The notes under the pieces: generated by a model
What the model was told of the DNA's origin: nothing
The model's database searches: none
What the model saw: only the letters and a program-made list of their open reading frames with translations
Program-made: the position numbers and the translations under genes
Assembly (NCBI GenBank): GCA_965235115.1
Contig: OZ249441.1
Coordinates: 12,958,001 to 13,022,000 of the forward strand
Length of the DNA stretch: 64,000 nucleotides
Direction: 5' to 3'
Source of the DNA: Laetmonice hystrix
Lineage: Eukaryota
Shown: positions 24,001 through 35,439 of the stretch, one piece after another
Layout: each line of letters begins with the position of its first letter
Numbering within the stretch: position 1 is the first letter of the stretch

Positions 24001-27000
24001 GATCTTGTGTATGGTAGCTGATATATGTATTCACACCGTGTTTGTAATGTGATGTTAATGTTCTCAATGTTTAAATTAGGAAATTAACACTACATAGGGT
24101 TACCCCGATGTTCTTTGTTCAGTACATTTGTTCCTTGTAATGTTGTTCCATGTAATATTGTTCTATTTCAATGCTTGAATAGAACCAGAGGAAGTAGCTG
24201 CCTGTTGTACTAACAGAGAAAATGATTCTGCAAAAAGTAGTATTATCTTTGATATATTTGTAAGAATTTCTGGAGATAAAAAATTCGTCAGTATTAAGAC
24301 AGCTGTATACAACGGCAATGATGGGAATCGCGTACCTTTAGCATTTTAGAAAATAATGATGTACATGGGAGACATTGACGAGTGTGAGGTAACTGACTAG
24401 ATGAGTATCTGAAATAAGTTGTCAGGGGCAAGGATATGTGGCTGCTGGAGACAGCGGTGTGCAGGACTGGGATGGAGGGAGACTATAGGGCTGTTATGTC
24501 TGCCGCAGTACCTAGGGAAGGTCACTGGTGGTATCCGTCTAGTGTCACCAAGTTATAGTGTGTCTGTCCGTCTGTCCTAATGTTAAAGTAGTATTAACCT
24601 GAGCAGGAGGCTCTGTAATGTAGTTTTTCCATCTCTCATCTCCCTGTCAACATTACAGTGCCCGTGAACTGGAACTGGAGGACAGACACAGTCGACTGGA
24701 GCAGCAGCTACGGGACCGCATGTCCATCTCAGGTAAGAGGATGGGCAGAAAGAGGGAGAGAAGATACGGTAATCGAATGAAAGAAGCGAAGATGATAATG
24801 TTGTTAACCTGTCAGTATTATGAGACCTTTACTCGGTCATATGTGTTTAGACCTCTTGATTCTCTGTTTCAGAAGTAGAACTGAGTCCGTCGCAGAAGGA
24901 GGAGGAGCAGAGGATACTGGAGGAGCTTTTGGAGGTTGTGGAGCAGAGAGATTCCCTTGTCGCCCTACTGGAGGAGGACAGATTACGGTAACTCGCCCTA
25001 TCCTACACTACCCGATACTATGGCCACAGGACCACACTATCGTTCCTATGGCCACAGGCAGGACCACATTATCGTTCCTATGGCCACAGGACCACACTAC
25101 CTGAAACTATGGCCACAGGACCACACAACCCCAAACTATGGCCACAGGACCACACAACCCCAAACTATGGCCACAGGACCACACTACCCCAAACTATGGC
25201 CACAGAACCACACTACCCCAAAGTCGAAGATTTCCAATTATAGTATCCTTATGTGGGAATCATTGTTACTCGCCTAAATACATTGTTTTATGACTATTTG
25301 TAAAAGATTATAAAGAAAGGTCTTAATTTAATTTTCCGAGGCGATGATCTAAGTCATTAGATATTTGGTTATGAACTCTAAAAGTCGCATAGTCTGATCA
25401 GCAAGTTATTGTCTAGGTACCAGTGCCGATAAATTAGAATCAGTTAGGTTAGTGTTTTGTGTAAATTGTTCCTATGACCCCTTTGTGCCTGCGAGTATGG
25501 TATTTTTTGACAAGACTATAGATTCTCACTTCAATCCGTTCCATTCCAGGTTGCGTGATGAAGGTACAACCATTTCACATTTGATTCTTGACATTCAGAG
25601 CAGACTTTGCTAGACTGTATTTATCCCCAATCTGCTGTAGATACCGTCAGGTCTTCAGTTCTGTATTTCACCCCAGCCCTCCCACCTCGTTTATCAAATC
25701 CTTCAAGAACCTATTCTGAACCACCCAGTACTTAATCCCCGTATTCTAAAAGGTCATGGGAAATCTGTTTGTTTCTCGTTTCCAGCTAAGTGTGCAGACT
25801 TCTTTGCTTTGGCTCTAGATATTTGGACCTTTGTAAGAAAGGAAACGTAATTAATAAAAACATGCTTTGTAATTTTAAACTTTTCTATGTGAAGCTCATT
25901 CAGTACTCTTTCATTTACATACCATTTCTGTTAAAAAGTCTCAAGAGTATTAAAATTTGTACCACTATTAGTTGGGGCACAATAAACGACTGAAAAGTGT
26001 AACGTTTTTTTGGTCAAAAAGTTATTTTAAGACATTGGAAAGTAACCCCCTGGTGACACTTAGTGGGACTAGTTGTGTAAAAATCCCATGTTTTTACCCC
26101 GTTATGTACTATAGATATCGTTTTATTTGAGCATTTATTGTTTAGAAAGGGCATGCATTAGGAGGCATTCCTTATTTCTGTAAACGGGTAAAGAACCTCT
26201 ACTTTCGTTCGACCTGTGTTAGCCAAGTCTGCTTCATTAGTGTGACATGCTTGTGATACTCGTGGTGTAGTGTGTGTGGCTCGATGTGCTTGTACAGGGC
26301 TTCAATAACTATTGTCTCAGTGTCAAGTGGACTGCTGGACCGTGTAAGACGTATCCCACCAAATACTCTGCTTCTTCATCTTCATCATCTTCATCTTCTC
26401 CTTCTCTTGCTCCCTTTCCTCCTGCTCCTTCTTCTTCAAAATTGTCTTTTGTCCTTGTCCGACCTTGTGTACGTAGACGGGAATGAAGAGTGCCCCGTTT
26501 TCGAGCCCTCTTGTCAGGGTTAATTAGGTGCTGTGTACTATTAATGACCCTACTTAATAGATTTTGTAGTCGGATTTCTGACTTAAGGTGACGGATGGTA
26601 GAATATAGCATGGCATGGACAGGAGTGTGGAGTTTATACTCCACTTGGCCGTAACAAGGAGGGTAACATAGGAACTAATGGTGCAGTTCTCACTAAAAAC
26701 AGCAGCACACTTAAATATACAGTCAGCTGTAGTGTAATAAACTACCAGGGTATACACACAGTATTTGGTGGATTTTGTGACATTCACAATATTGGTACCG
26801 GTAAGAGTTCACTAGCAATGTTCCGCTGTAAGTAAGTTTGTTGAGGTTATGTTATAGGATGTCGTGAATGAAAAGTTAGTCTTCATTCTGAGGCTCCCAC
26901 GAGCGGTTCCGATTTGGCTCTCACGCCCATTCTATATCAACCTCCTGTTGTCACCTTGAACATTTAACAACTACGAGTTCCCTCTGTCTGTTTGTAGAGA

Positions 27001-27124
27001 AAAGGAAGAAGATCGCGATCTCCAACAGATAATGTCAACCAAAGGCTTCCAGTTGTCTCCAGTAAACTACATGAACCGCCAGCACGTTCCCTGTCTCCGA
27101 CCAGTCAATAACAGCATGGACTGA
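1..27124 (+). CDS. MICAL: MICAL F-actin monooxygenase (MICAL3-like), 5'-partial, spliced
   Basis: Phase-consistent GT-AG exons: <1-28, 284-405, 1174-1324, 1599-1647, 1895-2048, 2279-2397, 5709-5819, 6030-6218, 6498-6690, 6937-7053, 8383-8539, 10530-10638, 12260-12392, 12580-18639, 19551-19618, 20279-20477, 22423-22519, 24659-24732, 24873-24987, 26998-27124 (TGA). The translation begins MYSIDPSTRYPNVNTAHFKPFQVRHQYD, matching the MICAL monooxygenase C-terminus (YSIDP.TRYPN...QVRHLYD), then CH, LIM and bMERB in MICAL order. Confidence 0.95.
1174..2048 (+). CDS. MICAL: MICAL calponin-homology (CH) domain, 3 exons
   Basis: LQKWFARQLEGYTNLVKILDLTSSWRNGLALCALIHKYRPALIDVYKLDSNEVAKNNQMAFDIALKEFGIPPVMSGADMAGCDVPDKLTMVSYLSQFYEYF is a typical MICAL type-2 CH domain. 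Confidence 0.95.
2757..2786 (+). CDS. Candidate 30-nt in-frame MICAL microexon (SAAAEDLSSD)
   Basis: TACTAAC branch point at 2720-2726, ttgcccctatAG acceptor, GTATGC donor. Phase 0-0 fits the flanking exons 2397 and 5709. Confidence 0.55.
2998..3390. mobile_element. 393-bp MITE with perfect 29-bp TIRs (PIF/Harbinger-like terminus, unconfirmed)
   Basis: ctaaagctgcttttccatgaggcggaggc at 2998-3026 is the exact reverse complement of 3362-3390. The interior is GC/CpG-rich within an AT-rich intron. Confidence 0.85.
6498..7053 (+). CDS. MICAL: MICAL LIM domain, 2 exons
   Basis: CYFCKQRVYLVERHAAEGVFFHRGCLKCEFCYSNLRIGQYGFQRTEDGEAKFYCLQH has the LIM zinc-ligand spacing. Confidence 0.95.
7480..7566 (+). 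CDS. Candidate MICAL cassette exon (87 nt, or 18 nt using the donor after 7497)
   Basis: ctgttccttcAG acceptor; donors GTGAGT (7567) or GTGAGA (7498); both versions are phase 1-1 and stop-free. Confidence 0.45.
9113..9154 (+). CDS. Candidate 42-nt MICAL cassette exon (EDLVFINQTFLNTLA)
   Basis: Long pyrimidine tract ending cacacAG, donor GTACGG, phase 2-2 and stop-free in the MICAL frame. Confidence 0.4.
10064..10172. mobile_element. Degenerate ~110-bp MITE
   Basis: Imperfect ~28-bp inverted ends: cccagtttctaggacttaagattagttg versus caactgatctttaagctttagaaactggg. Confidence 0.45.
11225..11242 (+). CDS. Candidate 18-nt in-frame MICAL microexon (PSREPQ)
   Basis: ggttcctttttcAG acceptor, CAG|GTATTT donor; phase 0-0 between exons ending 10638 and starting 12260. 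Confidence 0.5.
12580..18639 (+). CDS. MICAL: MICAL giant exon (6,060 nt, 2,020 codons), acidic/disordered with coiled-coil segments
   Basis: ttgtttcAG acceptor at 12579 is in frame with the 1963-aa track ORF; ACAG|GTAGGC donor at 18639/18640; phase 1-1. Confidence 0.9.
14109..14582 (+). repeat. Coding tandem repeat, 3 x 156-159 bp (52-53 aa)
   Basis: Units at 14109, 14268 and 14424 encode DVMLSEEAKPICSVEERNKDSVLISEPILPDTDIKRDQDNTLPDIPVSSTVNE and are near-identical. Confidence 0.95.
19766..19810 (+). CDS. Candidate 45-nt MICAL cassette exon (AVKKWSPSRRTRRKH)
   Basis: cactttttcctaAG acceptor, donor GTTTGC (weak), phase 0-0; basic stretch just before bMERB. Confidence 0.35.
20279..27124 (+). 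CDS. MICAL: MICAL bMERB (Rab-binding coiled-coil) domain, 5 exons
   Basis: EQELKRLRMAQEIQRQLEEVE...LMQDWFNVVHEKNVLVRYESELMVHARELELEDRHSRLEQQLRDRM...VVEQRDSLVALLEEDRLREKEEDRDL. Confidence 0.95.
22514..23490 (+). repeat. 49-bp minisatellite, ~20 copies, spanning a MICAL exon/intron boundary
   Basis: Unit gttcagtaagtaaccctcagccacatctcactcagtggcaatcagacag; period 49 (22516, 22565, 22614...); one copy near 23170 has a 5-bp deletion. Confidence 0.97.
25006..25222 (+). repeat. 28-32-bp minisatellite, ~7 copies
   Basis: ctatggccacaggaccacactaccccaaa units at 25018, 25046, 25078, 25107, 25136, 25165 and 25194. Confidence 0.92.
26150..26644 (-). pseudogene. Possible decayed DNA-transposase C-terminus (acidic tract followed by an eroded Cys/His finger)
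   Basis: The minus strand reads RARKRGTLHSRLRTQGRTRTKDNFEEEG...EDEDDEDEEAEYLVG, then with a frameshift GIRLTRSSSPLDTETIVIEALYKH. The resemblance is by eye only. Confidence 0.25.
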
Positions 27125-29604
27125 CTGACCCAACAACTGCTCGCCCACCGTAACATTGAGCTTGTCCATGGGACGATCTCCTACTGAATGACAGTCAGGG
27201 GTATGCAGGGTGGCAAGCTGTGGCGCTGCTGTGATGAAAATAATCAAGTTTATCCCATCTTGGTTTTCTTCCATCTTCGGGTTATGTTTTTTGTCTATGC
27301 AGAAGCAAAGATTCATACTCATTTTGGTTATATTGTGTATTTTAATTGCTACAGTTGTATACAGGATCTGACATGGCTCTTGCCCGAGTATTCGGTTGTT
27401 TTGGATACCTTGTTCTTAGTAATTTTATTGGTGCTGTTTGTAAATGTGGTACACTAAGTGAAGATGTATCATGATAGGATTCCATTATTGGTTCATTTGA
27501 TTTCACTAATACAGTTGCATACAGTAGAATGTAATATGAGTTAGCCACTACCATTTTGAGTCCAGAATAAGTGGCATTATTTAATATATTATATTCCCCA
27601 AAAGATATGGTTCATGTATTTATAAATGTGGTCAGGTCTAAAAAAAACCGCCGAGATGGGGAAAAGGGCTGCCGTCGACTATGGCACTCCTGAACTTTCG
27701 TAGACCAGAAAGTGCATTTCTGTTTAAATGATGACCTAGCTAATGATGGTAGAACTGCTTCAGTCGATAGAGTCTTACTTCAGGATCTTCTCTGGAGTCG
27801 TACCTGTACAGTACCAGCTTCAAATCATGACGTCCTCTTCACGCTGTGAAGTCTGGTCCTGATTTTAACTCTGCAGTGAAGTGGATTTATAGTAGCAATC
27901 TATGTCAAGAGATAGCTTTATATCTAATCAAAGTTTGCTACTCTGTAGGACTTTAAATTGACCAAAACTGAGGCCCAACCAAGCACCAGCTTTGATGGCA
28001 CTGGAGACTCTACCAGTGGACAACTGTCCACAAAGGTTCATCCCGTTTGAGTGCTTGGATTTGACAGATTTTCCCGAGGTCAGAGACTCAGTGTCGGATA
28101 TTGCCTGGTATGATGGGTCTTACAAGTGGCCAGCACCACACGGAGAGTGGACCAAGCCAAACTCGTATAGGTCCCCGCCTGCCGGGATGGTGGAGTGAGG
28201 GGGCGTGGTGAGGCCTGTTTTAAGGGTGTTCTGTCGGGCTAGTCTCCAGTACAGTGACCAGCTCTCGTCACTATAATCCTTGCCTTACGTGGACCTGTCG
28301 AGGAACCAGCTGTGATCATCTCCTCTTGGCTGGCTTAATGACTGCCCACGTCCGGGGCTTCAGTCTGTAACCCCTGGTACAGAATTGTCTGAAGTCGTTT
28401 TGTACATAGATTTACATACTGGGGTGAGGTGGAGACAAGACTATAGTTCATGTGTTGATGTGGAAGTACTGGATATGCAGCAGTTGTAAAAAAGCAGCTT
28501 CAGCAAAGTGCCCATAGTCATGAACTCTGCTCAAAATCAAAGTCGTTGCTGTGTGGAAGGTGACATTGTTTCGTGGAACATCAACTCGATGCTGCAGGGG
28601 TAATCGTATGATCTACATGTACATACAGTAGGCTTCCGTCACGCCTGCAAACTGACAGCTTCTCACGTGCAGGGAGAAGACTTTTCCTGTCGTCGTTTCA
28701 CTCGGTGACGTTTTACCAGGAAGGAAGGCCGTGACCGGGGTGCCTGGAATGTATACAATGTTATTTGTGGGCCATCGTAAAGCGTTTTCTTTATACCAGG
28801 TTGTGCCACGAAGGTTGTACAAAACCACGATTCTTGAGACACCTTACCTAATGAAACAATTTCGCTCCCTTGAAACTAGAGGGAATAAATGCTCTTGTTT
28901 CAGTTGAAATGTTTTAAAGCAATCTGCATTTGCAGAACTCTAAATATGCTTGAGTTCGTGTCTGTGATAAATTATTGACTAAATAAGACCTTTGAGTGGT
29001 GGTGCGGAGCAGGTTTGGAAGGTACAAGTAGTTGTATTACTGTATTTGCGATGGTAGAAAGGCATTAGAGTTAGATTCACGAATCTCTGCACCATAGATG
29101 TGCAGGTATTGTAGTATTTTTTGTGGTGAAAAACTTTCACCTCGTAACTTGTATATGGATAATCATGAGTTAAGTTCAATTTCTTCAACTATTAATTACA
29201 TTGAAGAATCCATTTTGAGTTTCAGAATGTGAACATGATTGCTTGACCTCCGACTAACCGCAAACAGTAACAAAGTATACATAAAGCCCGCCAAATGTTA
29301 CTAGGCCAGTTTTTACGTGTATACATTGGCTGAGTTTGAATCCCGTAACACGGGACGAAAACACAACGTCATGTAAGCCGCTGACAAAAAATAGGCGTTC
29401 GACCGTTCTCAACGGCTTGGTAGTAAAACCCGTAATGGATTCCGTGTATCATCCGCGTTCCTATGATGCCTTGTGTAAATTTGTTGTACAAAATAATCAG
29501 AAGGAATACCTTACCTATCCACCACCCCACCCCGCCCCTAAAAAGGAAAAAGTATTGGCAATAAATTGTGTTTCCGTTTTAGCCCTGGCAGGTATTAAAC
29601 CCAG

Positions 29605-29735
29605 AGTGCCGATCTGGGCCACCCGCACAGAAGGTGTTGATAGTGTGGGTTTTGATACTGGCCACTAAAACTCAATTGCTATCAGTATTGATAGTGATAC
29701 TGATAGCACTACCAACCTTCTGTGCGGCCGGCACT
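29605..29735. mobile_element. Nested palindromic MITE-like remnant
   Basis: agtgccg/cggcact and gcacagaaggt (29625-29635)/accttctgtgc (29715-29725) inverted pairs enclose a perfect 12-bp hairpin (29677-29688 with 29697-29708). Confidence 0.45.
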
Positions 29736-31707
29736 GGCCTGTAACGTTTGTTTGCTCCCAGTGCATTCCATGCTAACAGATTGCGTTCAATAGGCTTGGT
29801 TCAGATGTTCAAATAATCGAAGGAGGAAACCGCCAATTCTAGTCATTATGGTCTTGTCAAGGTGGCAACTGCGAACAAGCGAATTTATTGGGGTCTTCTT
29901 TTCGCTTTTCTAGAAGCTATGACGTGTAAATACCGGTAATTGTATGCTACTATCAAAAGGCATGATCTACTCAAGTGGTATTGTTGCGTTCTGCAGCAGT
30001 GACATTTGGGAATTTAGGAAATGTAGATGAATGGTAAAGAGATGAGCTGGCCGTGCGTTAGAAACTTGGCCTGGTTTGTTCTTACGGAAGTACGTCTGTG
30101 AAATAACGTCATATTAAACTTGTTCTACCTTCAGTTGTGTACTTAACTTATCCACACAGCAAGCCCAACTTTAACCTGGTGTTTGTATTCATGCTGATTA
30201 TGTTTGTGGTTTTTTTTTAAGAATTGTTTGAGAAATATAGAAGAAGAGGTAGGCTTATTTGATCATATGAATGGTGAAGTTGAAAAACGATACCGGAATT
30301 ATACCTAACCGTTAACCAGTGGCTGTCAGGTAACGCTAACTTAACAATACCTTGCACCAAGTTCTGACATTTGTATTCTGGTATTACCGTGGTATTCAAG
30401 CTTGTAACATTACGACCTGTATGCCGCAAGGACCGATCAGTCATAGACAGGAACGCTATGAATTGAGGAAGAAGAAACGACATTTCTGAGAAAATCTTAT
30501 GTTCTTCCTCTTGGGTATACGTAGTGGTGCATATGTAAACCCATGACTTGAGTTGTCTATACAGGGTGTTAGTGAGTAAAGGATGCATGTTTTATCATGT
30601 CAGAAAGGACTAGATATACAGGACGGTGCAGGGACCTGCAGGCCGAGGGCCTGACGGCTCCTACAGTCCCAGGCTCGGCGTGCCTGCTGTAGCTGAAAGC
30701 ACCGTGTAGAATTTGGCCACTCGTGTGTGGTGATGTCGGTAGAGGGCGCCAGCCGGTTGGCCCGTATTGTTTCACTGCAGCTTCAATGGAAATGTGCTTG
30801 TATGAATAATTATGTATAATATTATATGATAATTAAAAATGGTGAAATCAGATTTATGCTTTTTCTTTATCCTTTTTCTTTCGTTAATCCAGCCACATAG
30901 GTCGTTAATTGTGAAATGAATGTGGGGAAAAGTCGTTAAGAGTTTCGGCTGATCCAGTGGTGAGAGTTCCCGATAATAGCAGTTGGTTACTCTGTAAAAC
31001 ACTAGATGGCGACAGCCGCTAATCTATGAGTTGATAGGGGGCGCGTCAGTCGGATCCACCATGCAAACCGGCGGGCCTGCGGGACATGCGATGTCTGCCA
31101 TTCCATTGGCTTTTGCTATTCCACTTTTGAAGATTAATTAATATTTTGCTTTCTTATTTCATTCCGGATAGGTGGGTGGAGGATTTTTTTTTAGACATAA
31201 TACCTTGAAAAGCACTCTGTACACGACTGGATATCACAGGCCAACAGGCCTAACATCCCAATACCAGTATAGACGTTTGTTCTTGAGGTTTACTTTCTTC
31301 TCGAATGCTATCCTCCTGGGGAATTGACGACCTGTAATAAAACGACTTAATTTCATGTTTTGTCCATTAATCTCGAGTATATCTAGCCTATAGTCCTGCT
31401 TATTGACAAGCAGGGCAAAGCAGGGGCACCTCGGTATGATATATCGGGGGACTGTGAGGTGTTCCCTGACCAAGGGTCTATATATATGTGGATGTTTGGT
31501 CTATTTTGTTAGGGTACACGTGCCCCCTAGCCCCCCCCCCCCCCGAGCGGAAATCGCGGCCCTAAAATCTTAAGATCTTTTAGGCTTAACGCTTCTGATT
31601 GGTTGGTCTAAGATTTTAAAAACCGGGTCCTGGTGAGGTGGGCGGTTTACACTATGACCGTATTCCTCCTGTGTATACGGTTTCTGTGGTACGGTGTGTG
31701 TGTACTC

Positions 31708-32793
31708 TGTATGGTGTCTCCCGGCCTGGCGCCCGTCGGTCCTTCACTGTATGGTGTCTCCCGGCCTGGCGCCCGTCGGTCCGTCACTGTACGTACGGTG
31801 TCTCCCGGCCTGGCGCCCGTCGGTCCGTCACTGTACGTACGGTGTCTCCCGGCCTGACGCCCGTCGGTCCGTCACTGTACGTACGGTGTCTCCCGGCCTG
31901 ACGCCCGTCGGTCCGTCACTGTACGTACGGTGTCTCCCGGCCTGGCGCCCGTCGGTCCGTCACTGTATGGTGTCTCCCGGCCTGGCGCCCGTCGGTCCGT
32001 CACTGTACGGTGTCTCCCGGCCTGGCGCCCGTCGGTCCGTCACTGTACGGTGTCTCCCGGCCTGGCGCCCGTCGGTCCGTCACTGTACGGTGTCTCCCGG
32101 CCTGGCGCCCGTCGGTCCGTCACTGTACGTACTGTGTCTCCCGGCCTGGCGCCCGTCGGTCCGTCACTGTACTGTGTCTCTCGGCCTGGCGCCCGTCGGT
32201 CCGTCACTGTACTGTGTCTCCCGGCCTAGCGCCCGTTGGTCCGTCACTGTACGGTGTCTTCCGGCCTGGTGTCCGTCACTGTACGGTGTCTTCCGGCCTG
32301 GTGTCCGTCACTGTACGGTGTCTCCCGGCCTGGTGTCCGTCACTGTACGGTGTCTCCCGGCCTGGTGTCCGTCACTGTACGGTGTCTCCCGGCCTGGTGT
32401 CCGTCACTGTATGGTGTCTCCCGGCCTGGTGTCCGTCACTGTATGGTGTCTCCCGGCCTGGTGTCCGTCACTGTATGTGTCTCCCGGCCTGGCGCCCGTC
32501 GGTCCGTCACTGTACGGTGTCTTCCGGCCTGGTGTCCGTCACTGTACGGTGTCTCCCGGCCTGGTGTCCGTCACTGTATGGTGTCTCCCGGCCTGGTGTC
32601 CGTCACTGTATGGTGTCTCCCGGCCTGGTGTCCGTCACTGTACGGTGTCTCCCGGCCTGGTGTCCGTCACTGTACGGTGTCTCCCGGCCTGGCGCCCGTC
32701 GGTCCGTCACTGTACTGTGTCTCCCGGCCTGGCGCCCCTCGGTCCGTCACTGTACTGTGTCTCCCGGCCTGCATGGCGCCCGTCGGTTCGTCA
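31708..32793 (+). repeat. GC-rich composite minisatellite (40/44-bp and 32-bp units), ~28 copies
   Basis: Long unit ggtgtctcccggcctggcgcccgtcggtccgtcactgtac (+/- gtac); short unit ggtgtctcccggcctggtgtccgtcactgtac. Confidence 0.97.
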
Positions 32794-33499
32794 AGGGGGG
32801 GGGGGTGGAGGGGGAGGAGGTTGTTTCTGTTTTGTGTGAACATTTCAAGCAGGAAAAAAGAAAAATTAACGTCGTAACGCAGGTGGGGGTTGCAACCCCA
32901 GTACCCCCCCCCCCCCCGAAATCCGCCACTGTATGATATGGTGATCTCCACCAGTCCTCCACCTGCCGAATGACTGCCAGCTCTGTCCCTCCATGTCACA
33001 CATGTACACAAGCTGACTGGTGTGGGATAGGTGCACCCGTAACCTGAGACTGCAGCAGCGTGCACAGCCACCCCCGGATCTACGCCGTTTCGGGTAGACT
33101 AGTATAATCTACGTATACCTTCGGGTACGTGTGTGTGTAGCTCCAGAAGTTCCGGGTGTCGTTGACAGCAAGAAATGACGTGAATGAGACTGAGGAATGA
33201 AGATAGAAAATGAAAATAGAACTTTAGATTGCATGTATGCCTAGGGGCAGCCGTATACCTATACTCTTACAGTGAAAGGGGTTGATGGCCACAGAAAGAT
33301 CATGATTTAGAGACTGAAGACGGGATAATGGAATAAATGTAGAGTCCGGAAGATATGGAAGGGAAAATGGATAAATCTGATAAAGTCATCAGGTTTAGAT
33401 TACAGTTTCTATTACAAGAATCTATACAGGGACGAAGATGTAACTATATAGGCATAAAGAACCTATAAATATAGATTTAATGTGATATTTTTGGTGAGA

Positions 33500-34510
33500 C
33501 GACGAATGTCAAAATCGAGATCGTGTTCCGGCGTCTGTTCATTAGTGACTACGATCGACTCCAAGGCCTGGATGCTGCCGTAGGCCTAAGGCACTGAGAT
33601 TGTTCACCTGCGTCTTTCCTGATTTTTCTCATGTTGTGGACCTTGTGCCACCAATTATTCCGGCGTATACATGGTTATCAACGATGATAGCTGGAATTCC
33701 TTTTTAATAGAAGGGCGCCGGATGCTTGGATATATTTTTACAATAACAGCGCGATGATTTTTACATTTTACAGCGCGATGGTCGTTTCATAGCAACAGAC
33801 ACAAAGTCGAGATAGACTATTCCGTGTGCTGTCGGCCTAAGTGTGGCCGGTTGTGACGTGGGGTTGGGGTTGTGATTTGACTCTCTGTTTGACCTAACTG
33901 TCCCGGCCTCACCTCGGCTGATTTCTCCGGAGGCATCTGTGACCCGAGCGAGACATTGATTCCGAATTGTGTGTGTCGGGGAGAGTGGGGGAGAAGGGGG
34001 CCGGGTGCGTGGTGGTGTGTCTGCAGAACGGGGCTGCGGGCGGCGGCGGCGGTGGCGCGGGCCCGGCGGGTGGTGACTGACTGCCGGGTATCGAGCCGCC
34101 CTGCATCCACATCCACACAGCAGCAGCAGCAGCAGCCTGCACTCCGCCAGGCGGAGGGTACAGCTAGCACGCCAGAATCCACCTCATCACCAGCTGCATC
34201 TGTTCTATAGAGGCAGAGCAGGGATGGAAAGGCTGGAGATTCGGGCGTTACTGTTCCACACAGGGAACACCCATACGAGAGGCACACACATGTGATAAGT
34301 GGCTCTTCAACCTGCAGTATCATGCACACATAGACGGTCTACATGTGAAGATGAAGCAATCCCTGTGCGCTACATCAGTAAGGATATCATTGCCTGCCTA
34401 GCATTCCGCATCGTCGGGGCGGACGGACGGAGGAACCCCAGCGAGAGGCACGCCCGTAATGAAGACGTGAATATCGTGGCGGCAGAACACGCCGAATGGT
34501 CGGGTAAGAA
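33500..34510. promoter_or_regulatory. CpG-rich putative promoter / 5' UTR region upstream of the GT7 gene, with X-box-like motif
   Basis: CpG-dense, with (GCG)n and (CAG)5 tracts; GTTTCATAGCAAC at 33784-33796; + strand donor G|GTAAGA at 34503 and acceptor ttcactatcAG at ~35357 upstream of ATG 35440. Confidence 0.4.
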
Positions 34511-35439
34511 CAGCAAGCACTGGGCTGGTCCAGTTGACTTGAGGCGGCCTGACGACTACAGCTCAGTTAGGACACCAACGGTAGATGATCCACGTTATCC
34601 TAGGGTTTCTTACCGCTATCTTTGTCCACATTATCCGCCACAAACCGAGGGTTTTATGAAGACTGACTTACACATGAGGCGGGGCCAATCTCTGTCATTA
34701 TAGCCAGACCTGTGCGTCGCCCTATGTAACCCCGTCGCGGGAGAAAAGGTCGTTGGAATAGAACATGTGCGTGGGTATGTAGGTCATAGAAAGGGACAGC
34801 CAACACAGTGAGGAGAATTCGTAAATCTGTATTTCATGGAGCAGGTTTGCTGATGTATACATTCCTGAAGTGAACTCCCCTCAGAGCCGAGCCCGTCTCC
34901 AGCCTACAACAAGGAACGGGTATGTGACCGTCAGCGTCTGGGTGTCGACACATACCAGCCGCCTGGCTGTTTGACTGGAGGGGACCTTGGCCATGCTGAG
35001 TGGGCAGGGCGACCGACCGTCACGGCATGGCTAACTAAGCTCTAATAATCCATATGCAACTATCCTAATTTGGGCCCTGCCGCTCCTCCACCCGGCCCTG
35101 ACTTCTAAAGTGGTGTATGTTGCGGACTATTGAATTGCGTTTGGTAATTTAGAAATCTATAGCAGGAGAGGGCTCCATTGGTTTATGTCGTTGCTACACT
35201 GATGGTTGCGGGTTGTTTGGGTGCTGCATGAGGAGCGGCTTTGATTCAGTGCGACTGTTGATCAGTCGGTGTCCCTACAAATGACCGTCAGGCCACGTGG
35301 TTTCACGGTCATGGTGGAGTGATGTAAGCCCCCCCCCCCCCGACCTTCACTATCAGCGATAGACGTCAAACAATGAGAACGGTGGAGGACGGCCCATCAA
35401 GGTGACGGGCCGGCTAGGACCTCAGTCCGGGCGCGGAGG

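Noticed and set aside
29325-29360. tRNA B-box-like gagtttgaatccc
   Set aside because: No A-box or cloverleaf; at most a SINE remnant.
31633-32936. Overlapping 213-381-aa ORFs
   Set aside because: They are translations of the minisatellite, open only because the unit lacks stop triplets.
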